Shown: positions 43,818-54,419 of the stretch, piece after piece | Layout of the letters: each line of letters begins with the position of its first letter | How positions within the stretch are numbered: the first letter of the stretch is position 1 | Sequence record: MH051915 | Strand: one strand, 5' to 3' | Length of the DNA: 64,000 bases | DNA from: Enterobacteria phage vB_EcoM_IME339 | Translations under genes and position numbers: made by a program | Notes under the pieces: model-generated | Told to the model about the DNA's origin: nothing | What the model saw: the letters and a program-made list of their open reading frames with translations, nothing else | The model's database searches: none

Positions 43818-45277
43818 TTCTTAAAATTCTGAATGAAATAGCATCTATTGGATCAACTAAGCAGAAGCAAGCAATTCTTGAAAAGAATAAAGATAATGAA
43901 TTGCTTAAACGAGTATATCGTCTGACTTATTCTCGTGGGTTACAGTATTATATCAAGAAATGGCCTAAACCTGGTATTGCTACCCAGAGTTTTGGAATGC
44001 TGACTATTACCGATATGCTTGACTTCATTGAATTCACGTTAGCTACTCGGAAATTGACTGGAAATGCTGCAATTGAGGAATTAACTGGATATATCACTGA
44101 TGGTAAAAAGGATGATGTTGAAGTTTTGCGTCGAGTTATGATGCGAGACCTTGAATGTGGTGCTTCAGTATCTATTGCAAACAAAGTTTGGCCAGGTTTA
44201 ATTCCTGAACAACCTCAAATGCTAGCAAGTTCTTATGATGAAAAAGGCATTAATAAGAATATCAAGTTTCCAGCTTTTGCACAGCTAAAAGCAGATGGAG
44301 CTCGGTGTTTTGCTGAAGTTCGAGGTGATGAATTAGATGATGTTCGTCTTTTATCACGAGCTGGTAATGAATATCTAGGATTAGATCTTCTTAAGGAAGA
44401 GTTAATCAAAATGACTGCTGAAGCCCGCCAGATTCATCCAGAAGGTGTGTTAATTGATGGCGAATTGGTATACCATGAGCAAGTTAAAAAGGAACCAGAA
44501 GGCCTAGATTTTCTTTTTGATGCTTATCCTGAAATTAGTAAAGCTAAAGAATTCGCCGAAGTAGCGGAATCTCGTACTGCTTCTAATGGAATCGCCAATA
44601 AATCCTTAAAAGGAACCATTTCTGAAAAAGAAGCTCAATGCATGAAGTTTCAGGTCTGGGATTATGTCCCGTTGGTAGAAATATACGGTCTTCCGGCATT
44701 TCGTTTAAAATATGATGTACGTTTTTCTAAACTAGAACAAATGACATCAGGATATGATAAAGTAATTTTAATTGAAAACCAAGTAGTAAATAACCTAGAT
44801 GAAGCTAAGGTAATTTATAAAAAGTATATTGACCAAGGTCTCGAAGGTATTATTCTCAAAAATACCGATGGATTGTGGGAAAATGCTCGTTCAAAAAATC
44901 TCTATAAATTTAAAGAAGTAATTGATGTTGATTTAAAAATTGTAGGAATTTATCCTCACCGTAAAGACCCTACTAAAGCGGGTGGGTTTATTCTTGAATC
45001 AGAGTGTGGAAAAATTAAAGTAAATGCAGGTTCAGGCTTAAAAGATAAAGCCGGTGTAAAATCGCATGAACTTGACCGTACTCGCATTATGGAAAACCAA
45101 AATTATTATATTGGAAAAATTCTAGAGTGCGAATGCAACGGTTGGTTAAAATCTGATGGCCGCACTGATTACGTTAAATTATTTCTTCCGATTGCGATTC
45201 GTTTGCGTGAAGATAAAACTAAAGCTAATACATTCGAAGATGTATTTGGTGATTTTCATGAGGTAACTGGTCTATGA
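43814..45277 (+). CDS. 30: ATP-dependent DNA ligase
   Basis: 487 aa, same length as T4 DNA ligase; N-terminus MILKILNEIASIGSTKQKQAILEKNKDNELLKRVYRLTYSRGLQYYIKKWPKPG matches T4 ligase; catalytic KADG motif. Confidence 0.95.
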   Translation: MILKILNEIASIGSTKQKQAILEKNKDNELLKRVYRLTYSRGLQYYIKKWPKPGIATQSFGMLTITDMLDFIEFTLATRKLTGNAAIEELTGYITDGKKDDVEVLRRVMMRDLECGASVSIANKVWPGLIPEQPQMLASSYDEKGINKNIKFPAFAQLKADGARCFAEVRGDELDDVRLLSRAGNEYLGLDLLKEELIKMTAEARQIHPEGVLIDGELVYHEQVKKEPEGLDFLFDAYPEISKAKEFAEVAESRTASNGIANKSLKGTISEKEAQCMKFQVWDYVPLVEIYGLPAFRLKYDVRFSKLEQMTSGYDKVILIENQVVNNLDEAKVIYKKYIDQGLEGIILKNTDGLWENARSKNLYKFKEVIDVDLKIVGIYPHRKDPTKAGGFILESECGKIKVNAGSGLKDKAGVKSHELDRTRIMENQNYYIGKILECECNGWLKSDGRTDYVKLFLPIAIRLREDKTKANTFEDVFGDFHEVTGL

Positions 45278-45462
45278 AAGCTTACTTAGAAACAATTGTC
45301 GTTGCTCAAAAAGAAGGTGGAGATGTTTCTACTTCTGTATCACAAATTATGATTGAATTTATAGATGCATATGCTTATAATAAATTCACAGAAACATTTG
45401 ATGCCTATGAAAAAGGTCCAAAGTTTGAAATATACCGTACTCTCTTACCAATAGATTATTAA
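45274..45462 (+). CDS. hypothetical protein (62 aa)
   Basis: ORF with ATGA overlap to ligase. Confidence 0.45.
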   Translation: MKAYLETIVVAQKEGGDVSTSVSQIMIEFIDAYAYNKFTETFDAYEKGPKFEIYRTLLPIDY

Positions 45463-45485
45463 AGGCCTTCGGGCCTTTAATTTTA
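45461..45485 (+). terminator. terminator-like hairpin
   Basis: aaaggccttcgggccttt followed by A/T-rich tract. Confidence 0.5.
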
Positions 45486-45514
45486 TAAATAGAATAAACA
45501 CTAGAGAGGATATG

Positions 45515-47608
45515 ATGGAACTCATTACAGAATTATTTGACGAAGATACTACTCTTCCGATTACAAACTTAAATCCAAAGAAGAAAATACCACAAATTTT
45601 TTCAGTTCATGTTGATGACGCAATTGAACAACCAGGCTTTCGTTTATGTACCTATACATCTGGAGGTGATACTAACCGTGATCTAAAGATGGGCGATAAA
45701 ATGATGCATATTGTTCCTTTTACATTAACTGCTAAAGGTTCAATTGCTAAATTAAAAGGTCTCGGTCCAAGCCCAATTAATTATATCAATTCAGTTTTTA
45801 CTGTTGCGATGCAGACGATGCGTCAGTATAAAATTGATGCCTGTATGCTCCGTATTCTTAAGTCTAAAACTGCTGGTCAAGCTCGTCAAATTCAACTTAT
45901 TGCTGATAGACTTATCCGTAGTCGCTCAGGCGGCAGATACGTCCTTCTTAAGGAACTTTGGGATTACGATAAAAAGTATGCATATATTCTTATACATCGC
46001 AAAAATGTATCACTAGAAGACATTCCAGGAGTTCCGGAAATTAGTACCGAGCTCTTTACTAAAGTTGAATCGAAGGTCGGTGATGTTTATATCAATAAAG
46101 ATACTGGAGCTCAAGTAACTAAAAATGAGGCAATTGCTGCATCTATTGCGCAAGAAAATGATAAACGTTCTGACCAAGCTGTAATCGTTAAAGTTAAAAT
46201 TTCCCGTAGAGCAATTGCACAAAGTCAATCATTAGAATCTTCTAGATTTGAAAGTGAATTATTCCAGAAGTATGAATCTACCGCAGCTAATTTCAATAAA
46301 CCTGCTACCGCTCCTTTAATTCCCGAAGCGGAAGAAATGAAACTTGGAATTAATTCAATAGCTTCTAAAACTAAGGCAGCAAAAATCATTGCCGAAGGAA
46401 CTGCAGATGAACTTCACTATGATTATAAATTCTTTTCAAAAAGTGAGGTTAATGAAGTTTCTGAAAAAATTAAAGATGTAATTCTTAATGCGATTAAAAA
46501 TGAACCAACTACTTCAATAAAATGTTTAGAGAAATACGCAGCAGCTGTTAATCAATTCTTTGAAGAATATAAAGATAATTGGCTTGATAAACATAATAAA
46601 ACTCGTAAAGGGCAGCCAGATGAAGTCTGGGAAGAAATAACTAAAAATTCCTGGAATGCAGCAAAAACTAAATTCCTTAAAAGAATGATTTATAGCTTTT
46701 CTGGAATTGGTGCAGGTCCAATGATTGATATTACTATTGCCCGTGATGGTTCTAAATATACTCCATCACAAAAGCGCGGCATTAGAGAGTATTGTGGTTC
46801 AGGATATACTGACATCAATAATCTTCTTTTGGGTCGTTACAATCCAGAACGATATGATGTAATGAGTGAAAAAGAAATTGAATCTGCTATAAATAACTTA
46901 GATTCAGCTTTTGAAAATGGCGACCGTATACCAGAAGGCATTACAGTTTATCGTGCTCAAAGCATGACTGCTCCTATATACGAAGCATTAGTTAAAAATA
47001 AAGTATTCTATTTCAGAAATTTTGTATCTACTTCTTTAACTCCTATCATTTTTGGACGTTTTGGAATTACGCATGCTGGTATTGGTCTTTTAGAACCAGA
47101 AGCTCGTAATGAATTGACAGTTGATAAAAATGAAGAAGGAATAACTATTAATCCAAACGAAATAAGAGCGTATAAAGAAAATCCTGAATACGTTAAAGTT
47201 CAAATAGGATGGGCAATTGATGGAGCTCATAAAGTTAATGTTGTATATCCAGGAAGTCTCGGAATAGCAACAGAAGCTGAAGTTATTCTACCACGCGGAT
47301 TGATGGTCAAAGTTAATAAAATAACTGATGCTTCTAATAACGATGGAACAACATCTAATAATACAAAACTCATTCAAGCTGAAGTTATGACTACGGAAGA
47401 ACTCACCGAATCGGTAATTTATGACGGTGACCGTCTAATGGAAACTGGTGAAGTAGTTGCAATGACAGGTGATATTGAAATAGAAGACAGAGTTGACTTT
47501 GCATCATTTGTTTCATCAAATGTTAAACAAAAAGTAGAATCATCTCTTGGAATTATTGCGTCTTGCATAGATATTACAAACATGCCTTACAAGTTCGTTC
47601 AAGGATAA
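45515..47608 (+). CDS. alt: Alt ADP-ribosyltransferase (packaged, modifies host RNA polymerase)
   Basis: About 697 aa from MELITELFDEDTTLPITNLNPKKKIPQIF (T4 Alt N-terminus as I recall it); C-terminal R / STS / ExE ADP-ribosyltransferase motifs (YRAQ, FVSTSL, EAEVILPRG). Confidence 0.85.
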   Translation: MELITELFDEDTTLPITNLNPKKKIPQIFSVHVDDAIEQPGFRLCTYTSGGDTNRDLKMGDKMMHIVPFTLTAKGSIAKLKGLGPSPINYINSVFTVAMQTMRQYKIDACMLRILKSKTAGQARQIQLIADRLIRSRSGGRYVLLKELWDYDKKYAYILIHRKNVSLEDIPGVPEISTELFTKVESKVGDVYINKDTGAQVTKNEAIAASIAQENDKRSDQAVIVKVKISRRAIAQSQSLESSRFESELFQKYESTAANFNKPATAPLIPEAEEMKLGINSIASKTKAAKIIAEGTADELHYDYKFFSKSEVNEVSEKIKDVILNAIKNEPTTSIKCLEKYAAAVNQFFEEYKDNWLDKHNKTRKGQPDEVWEEITKNSWNAAKTKFLKRMIYSFSGIGAGPMIDITIARDGSKYTPSQKRGIREYCGSGYTDINNLLLGRYNPERYDVMSEKEIESAINNLDSAFENGDRIPEGITVYRAQSMTAPIYEALVKNKVFYFRNFVSTSLTPIIFGRFGITHAGIGLLEPEARNELTVDKNEEGITINPNEIRAYKENPEYVKVQIGWAIDGAHKVNVVYPGSLGIATEAEVILPRGLMVKVNKITDASNNDGTTSNNTKLIQAEVMTTEELTESVIYDGDRLMETGEVVAMTGDIEIEDRVDFASFVSSNVKQKVESSLGIIASCIDITNMPYKFVQG

Positions 47609-47611
47609 ATC

Positions 47612-49669
47612 ATGGAACTTATTACAGAATTATTTGACGGCGCTTCGGCGCCGGTTGTTAACTTAAATCCTAAGCATAAAATACCTCAAATTTTTGCTAT
47701 TCAAGCTGGTGAAGAAAGCGTGCTTCCTGGATTTAGATTTTGTACATACACCTCTGGCGGTGATACAAATAAAAACGTTAAGCCAGGCGATAAAATGATG
47801 CATATCGTAATGATAGGTGTTAATGAGAAACTATCATTAGTTAAACTTAAAAACTTGGGTGGAAATCCAATTGGTGTCATTAATGCGGTTTTTGATACTG
47901 CTCTTCAAACAATGAAACAGTATAAAATTGATGCATGCTTATTCCGCGTACTAAAAAGTAAAACAAATGGCGCTGCTCGTCAAATGCAAGTTATTGCTGA
48001 CCGTTTAGTACGTACTAAAGGAGCAGGTCGATATGTTCTTTTAAAGGAAATCTGGGATTATGATAAAAAGTATGCATATATTATGGTTTACCGTAAAAAT
48101 GCCAATTTAGAAGACATTCCAGGTGTACCTCCTATTTCAACTGAGTTATTCACAAAAGTTGAATCAAAGGTTGGTGATGTTTATGTAGATGTTAAAACAG
48201 GTAATGCTGTTCCTAAAGCTGTTGCTGTTGCTGCTTCTATTGCTTTAGAAAATGATAAGCGCACGGATCAAGCTGTTATTCAGAAAACTAAAATTAGTCG
48301 TCGATTAGCAGCACAAGCTCAATATTCTACTGTCGATGCTTCACTACAGGGTGATAGCTTCGCTGCCAAGAAATATCAAGAGTTTGAATCTAAAGTTCCG
48401 GTATATAAAGCAGAAGGACCAATGAACTCTGGCGTTATTCAGATTGGTTCAAACTTCGGCAAAGGAGCTATCGGTGGTATGAGAAGTGCTTCTCGTTTTA
48501 AATCTAACGATTATGAACTAGAAAGCTTCCGAAATCATATTGCATTGGCCCATGCACGTTTACGTGATCCGTCTATCAGGCTGCAGAGCGATATAACACA
48601 TCAAGGTTCTCAAGAATATTTAAAGAATAAAGAATTCTTTGATTATAAAACCGATAAAATTTTGAGCGATCTCGCTGACATTAATATTTCTAATAGCTTT
48701 GATGTTATTAAGAAAATTATCAATGATTTAGTTAAAGGTTCTAAAGCCACGCCAGATGAAAAGGTAGCTATTATTCAATTTGTCATGAATGGCATTTATA
48801 AATTGATTAATGAATCTGCTGCTCAGGCATATGAATACGCAAGCACCGAAGTAACTCCAAAAGGACTGACTCAGGCTGAGTCTAATGTAATTGAAGATTA
48901 TTGTGCAGATTCATATGTTGAAATGAACTCGTTCCTCTTGGGTAAACCAGATTCTACCCGTGAAGAATACATGGAACGAGCTATTAAACACATCGAGACG
49001 CTGGATTCTGCATTCGCCAAAGGATCAGTTCTTCCTCCAGGAACTACGCTTTATCGTGGACAAGAAGTTACTTTTAAAACTTTACGCCATAATATTGAAA
49101 ATAAAATGTTCTATTTCAAGAACTTCGTATCAACATCGCTTAAACCAAATATCTTCGGTGAGCATGGTAAAAACTATATGGCTCTAGATGATTCCGGCGC
49201 AGTATTTTCTGGTGAAGGAGAAGGTTCTGTTGATGCTGAAGATTTAATGCATATGGGTAGTCATTCTGCATATGCTAATGAAGATGCTGAAACTAGCGTA
49301 GGTATGGTAATTAAAGGGGCTGAGCGAATCAAAGTTATCGTTCCAGGTCATTTATCAGGATTTCCATCAGAAGCTGAAGTTATTCTACCGCGTGGAATTT
49401 TGTTGAAGATTAATAAAGTAAGCACGTATATGATGAAAGAAACTGCTTATAACAAGTATCTAATCGAAGGCACAATCGTTCCTCCTTCTGAACAATTAGA
49501 AGAATCGGTATATGATGGCGATCATCTAATGGAAACTGGCGAAGTTCGTCCAATGGCTGGGTTTAATCAATTCCTTGTAGAAGAATCAAAAGAAGAGGAA
49601 AACGAAGTTTCTCAAATCTTGGCTTCTTTGGTTAACATCAACGGAATGTCTAAAAAGTTCAAGATGTAG
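47612..49669 (+). CDS. Alt-like ADP-ribosyltransferase paralogue (tandem)
   Basis: 685 aa; N-terminus MELITELFDGASAPVVNLNPKHKIPQIF and C-terminal YRGQ, FVSTSL, EAEVILPRG shared with alt; central region diverged. Confidence 0.8.
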   Translation: MELITELFDGASAPVVNLNPKHKIPQIFAIQAGEESVLPGFRFCTYTSGGDTNKNVKPGDKMMHIVMIGVNEKLSLVKLKNLGGNPIGVINAVFDTALQTMKQYKIDACLFRVLKSKTNGAARQMQVIADRLVRTKGAGRYVLLKEIWDYDKKYAYIMVYRKNANLEDIPGVPPISTELFTKVESKVGDVYVDVKTGNAVPKAVAVAASIALENDKRTDQAVIQKTKISRRLAAQAQYSTVDASLQGDSFAAKKYQEFESKVPVYKAEGPMNSGVIQIGSNFGKGAIGGMRSASRFKSNDYELESFRNHIALAHARLRDPSIRLQSDITHQGSQEYLKNKEFFDYKTDKILSDLADINISNSFDVIKKIINDLVKGSKATPDEKVAIIQFVMNGIYKLINESAAQAYEYASTEVTPKGLTQAESNVIEDYCADSYVEMNSFLLGKPDSTREEYMERAIKHIETLDSAFAKGSVLPPGTTLYRGQEVTFKTLRHNIENKMFYFKNFVSTSLKPNIFGEHGKNYMALDDSGAVFSGEGEGSVDAEDLMHMGSHSAYANEDAETSVGMVIKGAERIKVIVPGHLSGFPSEAEVILPRGILLKINKVSTYMMKETAYNKYLIEGTIVPPSEQLEESVYDGDHLMETGEVRPMAGFNQFLVEESKEEENEVSQILASLVNINGMSKKFKM

Positions 49670-49722
49670 TTTACAAGTCCCTCGTGTTGTGTTATAGTAA
49701 TTTTACTGACATAACATGAGGA
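49669..49722 (+). promoter_or_regulatory. early promoter-like element, copy 2 of the 54-nt exact repeat
   Basis: Identical to 33891..33944. Confidence 0.5.
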
Positions 49723-49729
49723 ACACAAA

Positions 49730-50020
49730 ATGAAATCTTCTTTACGCTTTTTAGGTCAAGAACTTGTAGTTGAAGGCGTTATTCCTGCTGATAACGCTTT
49801 TAATGAAGCAGTTTATGATGAATTTATCAAAATTTTTGGAACAGATAAAAAGTTCGGAATTTTTCCTTCTGAAAATTTTTCAAAGCCAGAACAGACTGAA
49901 AGCATTTTCCAAGGTGTAGTAACAGGCAAATTTGAGTCAGAAGCTCCGGTAAAAATTGAAGTTTATATTGAAGACAGTTTAGTTGCTTCAGTTGCTGCTT
50001 TTATTTCATTCCGTAAATAA
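49730..50020 (+). CDS. hypothetical protein (96 aa)
   Basis: ORF following the promoter repeat; GAGGAACA SD. Confidence 0.5.
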   Translation: MKSSLRFLGQELVVEGVIPADNAFNEAVYDEFIKIFGTDKKFGIFPSENFSKPEQTESIFQGVVTGKFESEAPVKIEVYIEDSLVASVAAFISFRK

Positions 50021-50026
50021 AAATAT

Positions 50027-50044
50027 GGGGACCTTTCGGTCCCC
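50027..50044. terminator. bidirectional terminator hairpin between convergent genes
   Basis: ggggacctttcggtcccc. Confidence 0.6.
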
Positions 50045-50048
50045 ATTG

Positions 50049-51014
50049 TTATATTGCTCCTAATATTTTACTTTGCGAATTGACAATTCCTGTCATAGTA
50101 TTAATGTTTGAAATACTTCCAGCAGTTCCCCCTAATCTACTAAGTCGTGAAAGCGAATTAGATAATCCAGTAACACCTCCACTATTTCCGAGAACGCTTT
50201 GAATGCCATTTATAGCAGCAGATTCAAGCCACTCAAGCGCAGCTTGTCTATCAACCGACCCAGCCTGCATGACTCTATACGCAAAAGTAACATCAAATGT
50301 AGTTATTTGGTTATCTCCATCATATGATAACTCAGGAGCGCTCACTGACACTGGAATGCATCCGGTGAACATCACCGCAGTATGAGGTAATCCATTACGA
50401 GCATGAAGATTAACCTGAATATCTGCCTCGACATCTTGTGGCAAAGCACGCAGTCCAGTTACTGGGTCTTGAACAGCGTTAACCCAGTCTTGCATCGCAC
50501 GATAGTTACAAGCTTCTGAATCCATTCTAAATGAAATAACCAAAGGGTCCAATTCTCTCCCAGTTATACGAATATTAGGAGAGTTATAGTTCCAGTCAGT
50601 TTCATAGGATAATCTATTCTCTGGCATTTTTACAGAATATATCATCAATCCAGATGAATTATATGCCATATTAAAGAAATCAATTAAATATGTACCAACT
50701 GTAAATGAGCCCAATAAACTTTGAACTGTACGTTGACTCATGGCACCAATAAGATATTTACTAACCCCTGATTTTCTTATCAGTTTTTGTGTGCCAGCGG
50801 TAATTAGCGTGGTAATTCCCTGATTAATATCGCCTTGAGTCAATCCTAACCAATCTGAATTTAGGCCCAAGTTATTATAAGAAAAGTTGCTAATTGAACT
50901 TATCAACGAAGAGCTTTTAGTTGATGGAGTTGTCGCAAAAACACAGCTAAACATATTATTACGTTGGAAATCTGCGTTTATTGCTTGATTATTAAATTCC
51001 TCTAAAGAATACAT
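50049..51014 (-). CDS. 54: baseplate tail-tube initiator gp54
   Basis: 321 aa (T4 gp54 320 aa); synteny. Confidence 0.85.
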   Translation of the reverse strand: MYSLEEFNNQAINADFQRNNMFSCVFATTPSTKSSSLISSISNFSYNNLGLNSDWLGLTQGDINQGITTLITAGTQKLIRKSGVSKYLIGAMSQRTVQSLLGSFTVGTYLIDFFNMAYNSSGLMIYSVKMPENRLSYETDWNYNSPNIRITGRELDPLVISFRMDSEACNYRAMQDWVNAVQDPVTGLRALPQDVEADIQVNLHARNGLPHTAVMFTGCIPVSVSAPELSYDGDNQITTFDVTFAYRVMQAGSVDRQAALEWLESAAINGIQSVLGNSGGVTGLSNSLSRLSRLGGTAGSISNINTMTGIVNSQSKILGAI

Positions 51015-52108
51015 TAAAAAGTCCCCGCATATAAAGAAGCACGGTTTAACGTGATAATTTCTCTCATAGTAATCTCAAGAGTAAATGTACTAGGGAGGTT
51101 TGGAGCAATAGCTAATCCGTTAAAGTTACCATTAGGTGTTTTATCAAATCTGATGCTCTGTATTTGGCATGGGCCAAATATTTCCGTTTTTCCATCAAAC
51201 TTAGATGTTGCACCAAAGTTTTTCACCATCCAAATTGTCGGGTTTGAAACCACTAGAACGTTAGTTAAGCTCGATGTCATTTTCTCAAATAGTGTTTTAT
51301 TTTTAGCTGCATCTTCCGGAGATAAAGGTTCAATTAACGTAGAACGATACCAATCATCTAAATACCCCTTTATTTCAGCAGCATATTGAGATTTACCAGT
51401 TTCACCATAAGAAAAATAGTTAAAATATTGATAGATATTGATAATAGCCATTAAATCTTCTGTTGAACGTGGAGTCAAATCCCATGTAAACACTTTAGTT
51501 CTATTCTCAGCACCACCATACATACTTCTGGCTGTCGTATAAATCTGTTCATTATTATCAGCCATTATACCCTGTGTTATACTTTCCAGTGCCCCAAATA
51601 CTGCAGTTGAAGCAATATTACTTAACACACCAGTAGCAGTACCTCCGCCTCTGCTGATAAGACTTTCTTGAACATCATTAAATCTGTGTGATGATGTATC
51701 AACATCAGATTTAGATCTCGGTAAAAGAATGTTTGCGACAGGAGCTTTACTTATTGTTCCTGAATTGTTATTTGATATTAATCCATTTGATAGTTTTGAT
51801 ACTGTACTACTAATAGTGTTTCTAGCTGTACTTAAAATACTCGAAGATGAAGAAGAGTAGTTAGATCTCATCGATCTAAGACTTCCAGAATCCCTAGATG
51901 ACATATTGTATGCAGTAAATAATAATCCATTCTTATATAGATCTGTTACCTGGAAGTCCCCTGTAGTGTCATTACCACTAGCACGCCCAGTTGGAAACTG
52001 GGCAGTGTATGTTTTAGTTGCTACTTCTGATTTAGTACTCTGTCCGGCTGAAATTTTCTCACCAGACTTTTTAATTAAATCAGCAGTTATTTCTTTAACA
52101 ATTGCCAT
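51014..52108 (-). CDS. 48: baseplate tail-tube cap gp48
   Basis: 364 aa, same length as T4 gp48. Confidence 0.85.
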   Translation of the reverse strand: MAIVKEITADLIKKSGEKISAGQSTKSEVATKTYTAQFPTGRASGNDTTGDFQVTDLYKNGLLFTAYNMSSRDSGSLRSMRSNYSSSSSSILSTARNTISSTVSKLSNGLISNNNSGTISKAPVANILLPRSKSDVDTSSHRFNDVQESLISRGGGTATGVLSNIASTAVFGALESITQGIMADNNEQIYTTARSMYGGAENRTKVFTWDLTPRSTEDLMAIINIYQYFNYFSYGETGKSQYAAEIKGYLDDWYRSTLIEPLSPEDAAKNKTLFEKMTSSLTNVLVVSNPTIWMVKNFGATSKFDGKTEIFGPCQIQSIRFDKTPNGNFNGLAIAPNLPSTFTLEITMREIITLNRASLYAGTF

Positions 52109-52116
52109 ATTATTCC

Positions 52117-53889
52117 TTAATTAACTCCAGTCGCATCAAATACACCAGGAGCAGTCGTGCTCGTTACGGGTGTCATATTATGAACGACAGTATTTTTCTT
52201 AATAACATTATTAGTATTATTGATCGAAGGAGATGCTTGTTGAACAGGAGCTTGCTGTGCTTTGTTCTTTTCTATTACCTGGACTTGTTTTGCTTCTGGC
52301 GATTTAGCAGAAGTTTCAGGCTTGGCATTAGGCTGATTTTTCTTGAGCTCTTGATAAGTAGCATCAATTTTAGAAAATCTAGCAGCAAGTTCTTTTTTAA
52401 CTGCCGGTGAATTATTTAAATCCGGGTCATCCATTCGTTTTTTAAGGTCTTCATAGGCAGCTTCAACTGATTTAACCGTTGAGTCTTTACTCATATCAGC
52501 CGAATCAGCGTATTTTTCAAAACGAATCATCGCGGCACGGGCTTCATTAGCCTTCATTAAAGCATTTTTTCTTTCTTCTGGTGAAAGTTGCTTTAATTTT
52601 TCTTCTTCTGCTGCACGTTCTTCGTCGGTAGTTAGTGCTTCTTTATTATCAACGCCACGAATCCAGTTAGATGCACGTGTTTTCCAATTAGCAATTTTAT
52701 CTAATCCTTTTGCTATCGGACCAAGGTCTCCGTTCATTCGTTTATCTTGATAATTTGCAACTTTTTCCTGGTCTTCTTTATTGAGAGATGCTCCAGTAGA
52801 ATTTTGGAAATTTTCCAGCGCTCTTCCTTCTACTTCATCAGCAGTATCCTTCATACCAGGAATGACTCGAAGAATTGCAGCAGATAATTTAGCCATTCCA
52901 AGCTGAATAAGTTCTCCTAAATTATAAAGAACCTTTCCAAGCCCTTCTACAATAGCTACCGTCAAACCGCCCCAATCTCCCTCTTCCCAGAATTTTTTAA
53001 TTTCATCAATAGAACTAAAGATGCTCTGTAATAAAGGACCCCATGTTCCGGTTTCGCTAGAGAATTTAGTAAAGTCTGTACTAAACAAATCCCAAGCCTG
53101 CGAAAATTTATCTGACCAATATTTGAAATGAACCATCAGCAGATCTATTCCAACAACAACAGCCAATATCATTGCAGTCATTTTAGCGGCTTCAATAGCA
53201 GCACTGACGGTATACTTAAATAACATGCTTGATATTTTATCAGTAATTGAAATAGATTTCTTAAATCCGAAATCAACAGTCTTTGTTAATTTATCTAAAG
53301 CTTGAGATAATTTTAAGTTAAATGCGTCTTTTTTCTGTTTTTCTTCTGGCGATTCTTGTTTAGGTTCAACTGGCTGAGGGGTAGGGAAAAAATCAGCATC
53401 AGGATCATTATTAACTGCTTCAGGAGCTGGTAATAAAGGACCAACAGATTCAGCTGTATCGTCCTCAACAACTTTAACAGGAATAGCGCTTTCAACCGTA
53501 GCTAAACTAGTTCCAGTCTGTTGAATTCCGGCTGTCTGGATTTTTTGCTCAAGTAAACTCGTTAATTTATCTAATTTACTTCCGAGCGATTCACCGATTT
53601 CTTTATTAATATTATTGCCAATTTCGACAGTTTCAGCAATTAACTCAGAACCAGCAGTAGTATCACTCACTGCGCTTTCTACATTGTCAATTGCTCCAAT
53701 TATTTCATTCGATTTTTCTTCAACAGTTTGAGCAATTAATTCAGAAGCAGCTTGAGCATCATCCAATTTCGTAGATATATCGTTAAGTCCAGATAAAGTG
53801 TTAGAAGCGGATTTAGCCGCTTCCTGTGTTGGTTTATTATCTGAAATAACTTTTCTACGCATCGTTTGCATTTCTTGTGGCTTTTTCAT
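52117..53889 (-). CDS. 29: tail tape-measure / baseplate hub protein gp29
   Basis: 590 aa, same length as T4 gp29. Confidence 0.85.
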   Translation of the reverse strand: MKKPQEMQTMRRKVISDNKPTQEAAKSASNTLSGLNDISTKLDDAQAASELIAQTVEEKSNEIIGAIDNVESAVSDTTAGSELIAETVEIGNNINKEIGESLGSKLDKLTSLLEQKIQTAGIQQTGTSLATVESAIPVKVVEDDTAESVGPLLPAPEAVNNDPDADFFPTPQPVEPKQESPEEKQKKDAFNLKLSQALDKLTKTVDFGFKKSISITDKISSMLFKYTVSAAIEAAKMTAMILAVVVGIDLLMVHFKYWSDKFSQAWDLFSTDFTKFSSETGTWGPLLQSIFSSIDEIKKFWEEGDWGGLTVAIVEGLGKVLYNLGELIQLGMAKLSAAILRVIPGMKDTADEVEGRALENFQNSTGASLNKEDQEKVANYQDKRMNGDLGPIAKGLDKIANWKTRASNWIRGVDNKEALTTDEERAAEEEKLKQLSPEERKNALMKANEARAAMIRFEKYADSADMSKDSTVKSVEAAYEDLKKRMDDPDLNNSPAVKKELAARFSKIDATYQELKKNQPNAKPETSAKSPEAKQVQVIEKNKAQQAPVQQASPSINNTNNVIKKNTVVHNMTPVTSTTAPGVFDATGVN

Positions 53890-54419
53890 TCAAATAATCC
53901 AATAATATTGCCAATTCCGGTTATTGGACCATTAGGGCCAGGAATTGCTAAAGTTGTAAAAATATCATTTGCCCATTTTAAAACGAATGCTGGCATCTCA
54001 AGAAAATTAATTTCTTTAACTTCATCATTGACCTTAAGCAAGCATTTGGATAACATATCGCTCACCGTTAAAAATTGTTCAAATTTTCCAGGAGGTCTAA
54101 AATAAAATGTATTTCCTTGGTATTGAAATTCTAATCTTTGGCATACATAAACATCATTAATGTCATAAGTATAACCATCTATTTCTTTACGAGATTTAAT
54201 CTTTCCATTAAATTCCAATAAATGAATGGAAACGAAATCAACTTCTGCTGGTGATAAATTCGGACAAATAGAATCAATAAGAAGTTTTAAATTTTCATCA
54301 GGACCTTTAACATCTTTTAAAATGTTATAATGTTTAAGACCCATTTTAGGAATAGAAACTTCTTTATTGCTTATTGGAAGAACTACTTTCTTCAGTGGTA
54401 GTATCAGATTTAAATTCAT
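53886..54419 (-). CDS. 28: baseplate hub distal subunit gp28
   Basis: 177 aa, same length as T4 gp28. Confidence 0.8.
   Translation of the reverse strand: MNLNLILPLKKVVLPISNKEVSIPKMGLKHYNILKDVKGPDENLKLLIDSICPNLSPAEVDFVSIHLLEFNGKIKSRKEIDGYTYDINDVYVCQRLEFQYQGNTFYFRPPGKFEQFLTVSDMLSKCLLKVNDEVKEINFLEMPAFVLKWANDIFTTLAIPGPNGPITGIGNIIGLFE

Noticed and set aside
47612-49669. Possibility that the second alt-like gene is an assembly duplication artefact
   Set aside because: The two copies differ extensively in their central regions and at the nucleotide level even in the conserved N-terminus, so they are genuine paralogues, not a collapsed or duplicated assembly.
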